Shown here: positions 57,299 to 64,000 of the stretch, piece by piece
Position numbering within the stretch: position 1 is the stretch's first letter
How the letters are laid out: every line of letters begins with the position of its first letter
Assembly (NCBI RefSeq): GCF_034680285.1
Contig: NZ_JAXITC010000002.1
Location: 139,633-203,632, forward strand
Direction of reading: 5' to 3'
Source: Limnohabitans sp.
Lineage (GTDB): Bacteria; Pseudomonadota; Gammaproteobacteria; Burkholderiales; Burkholderiaceae_C
DNA: 64,000 nt
Notes under the pieces: model-generated
What the model saw: only the letters and a program-made list of their open reading frames with translations
Told to the model about the DNA's origin: nothing
The model's database searches: none
Position numbers and translations under genes: made by a program

Positions 57299-59407
57299 AT
57301 GAACACCGCGACAACACCTCCTGTTTCTGTCACTGACGCCCCTCCTTATTTGCCGCAAATCCGGGTGTACCAAAACTGGCTGCGCGACAAGCGTGGCCTG
57401 AGTTTTGCCACCTACAACGACCTCTGGCGTTGGTCGGTGACCGAGCTGGACGCGTTTTGGCAAAGCATTTGGGATTACTTCGACTTCCAGTCGCCCACGC
57501 CTCACACCGCGGTGCTCGCCAACAACGTGATGCCCGGTGCCAAGTGGTTTCCGGGTGCCCAAACCAACTACGCTCACCAAGTCCTGCGCCATGTGCAGCC
57601 CGCGCATGACGCAGGGTTTTTGGCCGTCATCAGCCACAACGAAAAAGGCCTGCGCCGTGAGATGACTTGGCCCGAGCTGCGCCGCCAGGTCGCCGCCATG
57701 GCGCTGCACCTGCAGGCCCAAGGTGTGCAGCCAGGTGACCGCGTGGCGGCGTATCTGCCCAATATCCCCGAGGCCATGGTGGCGTTTTTGGCCACCGCCA
57801 GTGTGGGCGGCGTGTGGAGCATTTGCGCCCCCGACATGGGCACCAACGCGGTGCTCGACCGGTTCAAACAGATCGAGCCCAAAGTATTGATTGCGGTCGA
57901 CGGCGTGAGCTACGGTGGGCGCGACTTTGACCGCATGGGCGTGGTGCAGGAGTTGCGTGATGCTTTGCCCAGCGTGCAACACGTCATCATTCACGACAAC
58001 CTGGGCACCTTGGATCTGACCAACTGCGATGTGGGCAGCAGCGTGCAGATGTCGGCGATCATCGCGCGGGATGACGCCGAAGTGCAGGTCTTTGAGCCGA
58101 TGTGGCTGCCCTTTGACCACCCGCTGTGGATTGTGTATTCGAGCGGCACCACTGGCTTGCCCAAGCCCATCGTCCACGGCCATGGCGGCACGGTGATCGT
58201 GGCGCTGGCCAACAAAATTTTGCACAACGATATCGGTTGCAGCTACCACCCCAACAGCTGGGGCGAGCGCTTTCACTGGTACAGCTCGACCGGCTGGGTG
58301 ATGTGGAACGCACAAGTCGCGGGCCTGCTCAACGGCGTGACCTGCGTGATCTACGACGGCAACCCCGGCGGCAGCAAAGACAACCCGGACTGGGGCATTT
58401 TGTGGCGCATGGCGGCGCAGGAAAAAGTCACGTTTTTTGGCGCAGGCGCAGCCTACTTTGCCAATTGCCACAAAGCCGGTTTGGACATTTCCCGCAGCGG
58501 CGACCTGTCCCTGATCCGCGCCTTGGGCACCACCGGATCGCCCTTGTCGGCCGACACACAAACTTGGGGCGTGGAGCAATTCAAGGCCATTGGCACCGAC
58601 ATCTGGTGGTGCAACATTTCGGGCGGCACTGACTTTGCAGGCGCCTTTGTGGGTGGCCACCGCGAACTGCCGCAGGAGCCTGGCGTCATGCAATGCCGCG
58701 AACTCGGCTGCGCGGTCGAGGCCTGGAACGAAGCCGGTGAGCCGGTGATCGGCGAAGTGGGCGAGTTGGTCTGCACCCAGCCCATCCCGTCCATGCCGCT
58801 GTACTTTTGGAACGACAAAGACAACGCCCGCTATCTGGCCAGCTACTTTGAGATGTATCCCGCAGGCCATGGACGCCAACCTGGCGGCGGCGACGGCCCG
58901 GCCAGCATGGGCGGGGTGTGGCGACACGGCGACTGGCTGCGCATTGGCGACGCCAGTGGTCAGGGCGAAGGCTGTGTGATTTTTGGCCGCAGCGACGCCA
59001 CCATCAACCGCTATGGCCTGCGCATGGGCACCAGCGAGCTTTACAGCGCCGTCGAAGCCTTGCCTGAAGTCATGGACTCGATGGTCGTCGACCTGGAGTA
59101 CTTGGGCAAAGAAAGCTACATGCCGCTGTTTGTGGTGCTGCGCCCGGGCACGGCGTTTGACGAGACGATCAAAGCCAAGCTCAACAACGCCATCAAGGTG
59201 GCGCTCAGCCCGCGCTTCATACCCAACGAGATCTTTCAGGTGGCCGAGATTCCTCGCACCCTGTCCGGCAAGAAGCAGGAACTGCCGATTAAAAAACTCA
59301 TGCTCGGCCAGCCCCTCGAAAAAGTGGTTAACCGAGACGCCATGGCCAACCCAGGGTGTCTGGACTGGTATGTGGAATTGGCCAAGCAGCATTTGGCCAA
59401 GGTGTAA
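57299..59407 (+). CDS. Acetoacetate--CoA ligase
   Basis: YSSGTTGLPKPIVHGHGG, NISGGTD, WRHGDW, GRSDAT, RTLSGKKQE. Confidence 0.93.
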   Translation: MNTATTPPVSVTDAPPYLPQIRVYQNWLRDKRGLSFATYNDLWRWSVTELDAFWQSIWDYFDFQSPTPHTAVLANNVMPGAKWFPGAQTNYAHQVLRHVQPAHDAGFLAVISHNEKGLRREMTWPELRRQVAAMALHLQAQGVQPGDRVAAYLPNIPEAMVAFLATASVGGVWSICAPDMGTNAVLDRFKQIEPKVLIAVDGVSYGGRDFDRMGVVQELRDALPSVQHVIIHDNLGTLDLTNCDVGSSVQMSAIIARDDAEVQVFEPMWLPFDHPLWIVYSSGTTGLPKPIVHGHGGTVIVALANKILHNDIGCSYHPNSWGERFHWYSSTGWVMWNAQVAGLLNGVTCVIYDGNPGGSKDNPDWGILWRMAAQEKVTFFGAGAAYFANCHKAGLDISRSGDLSLIRALGTTGSPLSADTQTWGVEQFKAIGTDIWWCNISGGTDFAGAFVGGHRELPQEPGVMQCRELGCAVEAWNEAGEPVIGEVGELVCTQPIPSMPLYFWNDKDNARYLASYFEMYPAGHGRQPGGGDGPASMGGVWRHGDWLRIGDASGQGEGCVIFGRSDATINRYGLRMGTSELYSAVEALPEVMDSMVVDLEYLGKESYMPLFVVLRPGTAFDETIKAKLNNAIKVALSPRFIPNEIFQVAEIPRTLSGKKQELPIKKLMLGQPLEKVVNRDAMANPGCLDWYVELAKQHLAKV

Positions 59408-59451
59408 ACCGTTTCACTCGTCTTGCGCTCACAAGGCCTGAGCGCAGGACA

Positions 59452-59796
59452 TCAAGGCGTTTGGCGTCTGAACAAACGCAAAAACGGTGCCAGTGCAACG
59501 CTTTTGATACGGCCAAACAAGGCAAGCAAACGGGTGACCAAAGCCCCTCTTTGGCCAAAAATGCGGCGCTGCGGATCGGCCTGTGGTTTGGGCAAATTCC
59601 AGCGGCTTCCTGGGCCCCAGATGCTGGTCACCACCAAATGAAGTGCTGCCAACAACAGCAGCACTTGCAAGCCAAACAGGAAGACAAAGCCCCATGCAAG
59701 ATCTGGCCACAGCTTTCGCATCAGCCACATGACCAAGGGCAGCAACAAACTGGCCGATGCGGCCAGCTTGACGCTCGAGGAAAGCCGTTCCAGCAT
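59452..59796 (-). CDS. Hypothetical membrane protein
   Basis: 114 aa with two hydrophobic segments; fills the gap downstream of dapD. Confidence 0.55.
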   Translation of the reverse strand: MLERLSSSVKLAASASLLLPLVMWLMRKLWPDLAWGFVFLFGLQVLLLLAALHLVVTSIWGPGSRWNLPKPQADPQRRIFGQRGALVTRLLALFGRIKSVALAPFLRLFRRQTP

Positions 59797-59809
59797 GGCT
59801 TATACGGAT

Positions 59810-60787
59810 TCAGTTCTTGTGCAACTCGGCGTTCAACTCGCCCCAGCTCTTGTTGCGCGGAATGGCGTGCAAGGCGCCCGACTGTGAATCGCGGCGGAAC
59901 AGGATGCCGTTTTTGCCGGACAGCTCTTTGGCTTTCATGACCGAGCCATCGGGCATCTGAACGCGGCTGCCGCCAGTGATGTAGCAACCCGCTTCCACAA
60001 TGCAGTCGTCGCCCAGCGAAATGCCGATGCCCGCGTTGGCGCCCAGCAAGCAGCGCTTGCCGACCTTGATGACTTCTTTGCCGCCACCCGACAGCGTGCC
60101 CATGATGGACGCGCCGCCGCCGATGTCGCTGGCGTCATCGACCACCACGCCCGCGCTGATGCGGCCTTCGACCATGCTGGCGCCCAGCGTGCCCGCATTG
60201 AAGTTGCAAAAGCCTTCGTGCATGACCGTGGTGCCGCTGGCCAGGTGTGCGCCCAGGCGCACGCGGTCGGCGTTGGCTATGCGCACGCCGGACGGGATCA
60301 CGTAGTCGGTCATCTGTGGGAACTTGTCCACGCCTTTGATTTCCAAAATTTGGCCAATGGCGCGGGCCTTCATGCGGGCGGCAGGCACTTCGCTCACGGC
60401 GCAAGGGCCAAAGTTGGTCCAGGCCACGTTGGCCAGCAGGCCAAAAATGCCGGTCACGTTGGCGCCGTGCGGCAACACCAGGCGGTGGCTCAGCAAGTGC
60501 AGTCGCAGGTAAGCGTCGTGGGTGTCGGCAGGCGCGTCGGCCAGCGACTTGATCTCGGTTCGCACAGCCACCACGGTGGTGCTGCGCACAGCGCAGGCAC
60601 TCAGCGCCTTGGCCACGTCAGCGCCCAGGGCCGCCACAGCTTCGGCTTCGGTCAGTCGGGTGCTGCCGCTGGCGGCCACATCGCCAGCCAATTCGGGGGC
60701 AGGGAACCAGGTGTCCAGCACGGTGCCGTCAGCGGCGAGGGTGGCCAGGCCCGTGGCGCGTGCGCCGGTGGTTTGGAAAGTGCTCAT
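59810..60787 (-). CDS. dapD: Tetrahydrodipicolinate N-succinyltransferase, type 2 (actinobacterial-like)
   Basis: GLATLAADGTVLDTWFPAPEL, DAYLRLHLLSHRL, VDKFPQMTDY, RVRLGAHL, MVEGRISAG, hexapeptide repeats. Confidence 0.92.
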   Translation of the reverse strand: MSTFQTTGARATGLATLAADGTVLDTWFPAPELAGDVAASGSTRLTEAEAVAALGADVAKALSACAVRSTTVVAVRTEIKSLADAPADTHDAYLRLHLLSHRLVLPHGANVTGIFGLLANVAWTNFGPCAVSEVPAARMKARAIGQILEIKGVDKFPQMTDYVIPSGVRIANADRVRLGAHLASGTTVMHEGFCNFNAGTLGASMVEGRISAGVVVDDASDIGGGASIMGTLSGGGKEVIKVGKRCLLGANAGIGISLGDDCIVEAGCYITGGSRVQMPDGSVMKAKELSGKNGILFRRDSQSGALHAIPRNKSWGELNAELHKN

Positions 60788-60799
60788 GGGGTGCTCCGC

Positions 60800-60835
60800 A
60801 AAAGAAGGCCCGCCAGGATCTGAACAGGGCGGGCC
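60800..60835 (-). terminator. Rho-independent terminator after acuI/yhdH
   Basis: Minus strand GGCCCGCC-N13-GGCGGGCC followed by TTCTTTT. Confidence 0.7.
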
Positions 60836-60868
60836 GTTGAAAATCAGAAGGCGTGATTATCGGGGACT

Positions 60869-61855
60869 TCAGCGGTTGACGTTCACCACCACCCGCCCAC
60901 GCACCTGCCCGGCCAGAATTTCCGCCCCCAAGCCGATCGCGTCGGCCAGGCCCACTTCGCGGGTCATGCGCTCCAGCTGCGCGGTGTCCAGGTCTTGGGC
61001 CAAACGTGCCCAGGCTGCTTCGCGCAAAGCCCGAGGGGCCATCACGCTGTCGATACCCGCCAGAGTTACGCCGCGCAAGATGAAGGGCGCCACGCTCGAC
61101 GGAAAGTCCATGCCTTGGGCCAGGCCGCAGGCCGTGACCACGCCGCCGTATTTCATGCTGGCGCAGGCATTGGCCAGCGTGTGGCTGCCCACGGTGTCAA
61201 CCACGCCCGCCCAGCGCTCTTTGGCCAGGGGTTTGCCGGGGGCAGACAACTCTGCCCGGTCCATCACGTCGGATGCGCCCAGCTGGCGCAGGTAGTCGGC
61301 TTCTTGCATGCGGCCTGTGCTGGCCACCACGCGATAACCCAGCTTAGCCAACAGCGCGATCGCCACGCTGCCCACGCCGCCGCCCGCACCGGTGACCAAA
61401 ATGTCGCCACTGCCGGGTGTGACGCCGTGCTTCTTAAGCGCCATCACACACAGCATGGCGGTGTAACCGGCGGTGCCAATGGCCATAGCCTGGCGCGGGG
61501 TGAAGGCATTGGGCAACTTGACCAGCCAGTCCCCTTTCAGGCGCGCTTTTTGCGCCAAGCCGCCACTGTGGCTCTCGCCCACGCCCCAGCCGTTGAGCAC
61601 GACTTTTTCGCCCACATTGAACAGTGGGTGCTGGCTCTCGGTCACGGTACCCGACAGGTCAATGCCTGGTGTGAGCGGGAACTTGCGTACGACGGGCGAT
61701 TTGCCGGTGATGGCCAGGCCGTCTTTGTAGTTGAGGGTGGAGTAGTCCACCTGGACCGTCACGTCGCCTTCGGGCAAGGCGCTGTCATCGAGCGTTTGCA
61801 GCGTGCAGCGGTAACCGGCGTCGTCTTTGTGGATTTGCAGGGCTTGGTAGGTCAT
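60869..61855 (-). CDS. acuI: Acrylyl-CoA reductase AcuI/YhdH family (MDR oxidoreductase)
   Basis: [51 protein letters not shown]. Confidence 0.88.
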   Translation of the reverse strand: MTYQALQIHKDDAGYRCTLQTLDDSALPEGDVTVQVDYSTLNYKDGLAITGKSPVVRKFPLTPGIDLSGTVTESQHPLFNVGEKVVLNGWGVGESHSGGLAQKARLKGDWLVKLPNAFTPRQAMAIGTAGYTAMLCVMALKKHGVTPGSGDILVTGAGGGVGSVAIALLAKLGYRVVASTGRMQEADYLRQLGASDVMDRAELSAPGKPLAKERWAGVVDTVGSHTLANACASMKYGGVVTACGLAQGMDFPSSVAPFILRGVTLAGIDSVMAPRALREAAWARLAQDLDTAQLERMTREVGLADAIGLGAEILAGQVRGRVVVNVNR

Positions 61856-61959
61856 GGGCGGCGTTCCTGAAAGATGCGTAACTGTGCACCAAAACAGGTC
61901 CACGGGGTAGCGATGGTCGTCACCTGTGCGCTAGCATGTCATGGACTGAAAGGATGGCC

Positions 61960-63219
61960 ATGCGCATGAACCGATTTTTCATTGGGGTGTGTTTCTTCTG
62001 GAGTATTGGGCTGACATCGGTAGTTGCCGCGCCCGACGAAGCCGCGCTGTGCAAAGACCAGGGTTACCCCGTGGGCAATCCACGCAACTGGTTTTTTGAC
62101 GAATGTGTGCGGGTGGGCTCATTCACGCACTATGCCGAAATTCCCGGACTGATGGGTGGGCGCGCAAATGTCATGGCACCCGCCGAGCAGCCTTTGGCCT
62201 TGCCCAAAGCCGCACAAGAGCCCGCTTACCGTTGGAGTGTCGATGCGCTCAAAGGGCTGACCGTCGACGACTACATGAACCGCCAGCGGGTCATGGCTTT
62301 GTTGGTGATCAAAGATGGCGTCATCCAGGTCGAGCGCTACCAATATGAGCGCAACGCCCAGCAGCGTTTTTTGTCCAATTCGATGGCCAAGACCATTGCG
62401 GCCATGGCGGTGGGTTTGGCGCTGCGCGAGGGGCGCATCCAGTCACTCGATGACCGCGCCGACCGCTATGCCCCGTCGCTTGCAGGCACGCTGTACGGCG
62501 AGACCACGGTGCGCAATCTGTTGCGCATGGCCTCGGGCGCGAAATTCGAAGAACGCTACGACGGCAAGGACGATTTGGCCCGCTACGGCATGGCCGCATT
62601 CCGAGGTGGGGCGGCAGAAGGGGCCCGCGTGATCACTGAAAGATTGCACCCGCAGGGGCAGTTTTTCAATTACGCCAGTGCCGAGACCGACATGCTGGCC
62701 TTGGTCATGCAAGGCGCCACAGGCCAAACGCTGAGCAGCTATTTGCAAAGCCGCTTGTGGCAGCCCATGGGCGCAGAGACCTCCGGACTGTGGCGTGCCG
62801 GGGCCAACGGGCTCGAACGTGCCGGCGGCAACTTCAACGCCACCGCGCGTGACTACGCCCGGCTGGGGGTGTTGTTGGCCAACGATGGCCAGCGCCCTGA
62901 CCGTCCCGACTTGGGCGATATATTGCCCCGCGACTTTCTATTGGAGGCCACAGACTGGAAGCAGCACCCGCAGGCCTTTGCGCCGCGCAAGGCCACGCCT
63001 TATTACGGCTATGGCTATCAGGTGTGGACTTTCCCTGGCCAGCAGCGCCGCTTTGCCTTGTTGGGCGTTTACGGGCAAGCCATTTATGTGGACCCGGCTC
63101 AAAAGTTGGTGATGGTGCACTTGGCGGCCAATGCCACGGCCAAGGCAGGGCAAACCAGCATGGGTCGCGAGATGGGCTCGCTTTGGTACGGCCTGGTGAC
63201 CCACTACGGAAAGTGGTGA
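61960..63219 (+). CDS. Serine hydrolase, beta-lactamase class C-like family
   Basis: SxxK (SMAK), FNYAS-ET, YGYQVW, GVYGQ; signal peptide. Start uncertain (61936-61966). Confidence 0.88.
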   Translation: MRMNRFFIGVCFFWSIGLTSVVAAPDEAALCKDQGYPVGNPRNWFFDECVRVGSFTHYAEIPGLMGGRANVMAPAEQPLALPKAAQEPAYRWSVDALKGLTVDDYMNRQRVMALLVIKDGVIQVERYQYERNAQQRFLSNSMAKTIAAMAVGLALREGRIQSLDDRADRYAPSLAGTLYGETTVRNLLRMASGAKFEERYDGKDDLARYGMAAFRGGAAEGARVITERLHPQGQFFNYASAETDMLALVMQGATGQTLSSYLQSRLWQPMGAETSGLWRAGANGLERAGGNFNATARDYARLGVLLANDGQRPDRPDLGDILPRDFLLEATDWKQHPQAFAPRKATPYYGYGYQVWTFPGQQRRFALLGVYGQAIYVDPAQKLVMVHLAANATAKAGQTSMGREMGSLWYGLVTHYGKW

Positions 63220-63232
63220 GGGCTGAACGCCT

Positions 63233-64000
63233 TCAGCGTTTGTTGACCAACACGATGCCCACGGCCACCAGCGCCAGAGACAGCGCCAACGTCAGGGTCA
63301 CGGCCTCGCCCAGCCAGAGCATGCCAAACAGCAAGGCGAACAGCGGCGTCAGAAAGACAAAGGCCGAGATCTTGGTGGCGGGGTAGTGGCCCAGCATCCA
63401 CATCCAGGCCAAGTAGCTGGCGAATGCCCCGCCCACGGTTTGCAGCGCCACCGAGCCCATGGCAAAGCGGCTCCAAGTGCCACTCCAGGGTTCGCCCAGC
63501 AGATGCGACAGCAGGAGCAGGACCACGGTGCTCACGGCCAACTGGTAAAACAGCAGTTTTTCTGCGGCCAGTCGCGTGAGGTTGGCCGCCCGAATGGCCA
63601 CCGTGGTCAGGCCCCACAAGGCCCCGGCGGCCAGGCCCATCAGGTCGCCCGTGGCCCCGCCGCCGCCAAAACCTTCGCGCAGGGCAAAGACCACGGCGGC
63701 AAACGCGCAAGCCATGCCCAGCCACTGCACGGGCCGCAGCCGCTCTGTGCGGATGAAGAATGGCAGCAAGGCTGCCACCCAAAAAGGTGAGGTGTACAAA
63801 AACACCGTCAGCCGCGAGGCCGCCGTCTGCTGCAGCCCAATGTAAATGAAGGCAAACTCTGCCGCAAACAAGCAGCCCACCAGCAAACCCGCCCACAAGC
63901 TGCCATCGCGCTCAAACAGGCGCACCCCGCGCCACTGGCACCACAGCCACAGCAGCAAAGTGGCCCCCACGCCGCGCACGGCCGACTGGAACACGGGGGG
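63233..64000 (-). CDS. DMT/EamA family transporter, 5' end beyond the window
   Basis: Hydrophobic repeats, LYTSPFWV, SYLAWMWML, FLTPLFALLFG--WLGE. Confidence 0.88.
   Translation of the reverse strand, partial: PPVFQSAVRGVGATLLLWLWCQWRGVRLFERDGSLWAGLLVGCLFAAEFAFIYIGLQQTAASRLTVFLYTSPFWVAALLPFFIRTERLRPVQWLGMACAFAAVVFALREGFGGGGATGDLMGLAAGALWGLTTVAIRAANLTRLAAEKLLFYQLAVSTVVLLLLSHLLGEPWSGTWSRFAMGSVALQTVGGAFASYLAWMWMLGHYPATKISAFVFLTPLFALLFGMLWLGEAVTLTLALSLALVAVGIVLVNKR

Noticed and set aside
57230-59392. 720-aa minus-strand ORF
   Set aside because: Antisense shadow of the acetoacetate-CoA ligase.
60788-60868. Lysine riboswitch upstream of dapD
   Set aside because: The 81-nt spacer is too short for this aptamer and lacks its conserved elements.
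1-64000. CRISPR arrays, rRNA, tRNA, frameshifted pseudogenes
   Set aside because: No regularly spaced repeats, no RNA-gene signatures in the short intergenic gaps, and all called genes appear full length apart from the two window-edge truncations.

Overview
This is a 64 kb stretch of core chromosome from a betaproteobacterium (Comamonadaceae; gene style suggests a Limnohabitans-like organism, which is inference). It has about 58 protein-coding genes. I saw no rRNA, tRNA, CRISPR array, transposase or integrase. From left to right: (1) a six-gene, mostly translationally coupled operon (glutathione peroxidase, FAD oxidoreductase, DUF1365, CFA-type methyltransferase, chalcone-isomerase-fold protein, MFS) that resembles the furan fatty acid / singlet-oxygen defence genes, divergent from DUF2256 and an FeS-type cryptochrome/photolyase; (2) a CbbR-like LysR divergent from an SbtA-like bicarbonate permease; (3) RND efflux genes, glnE, yhdP, a PAS kinase with its response regulator, and cell-wall hydrolases; (4) an AT-richer five-gene envelope operon (COG3014, YcfL, LpoB-like, CsgG-like, hydrolase); (5) copper and low-oxygen genes with FNR-like boxes; (6) a non-coding segment at 37173-37457 with DnaA boxes, DnaA-trios and an AT-rich tract directly upstream of minCDE, a strong oriC candidate with no dnaA in the window; (7) indolepyruvate oxidoreductase with an Lrp regulator; (8) mnmG-rsmG carrying four parS sites, then parA and parB; (9) tandem hybrid kinases and metabolic genes, including an actinobacterial-type dapD. 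Product names come from motif recognition only; no database searches were run.
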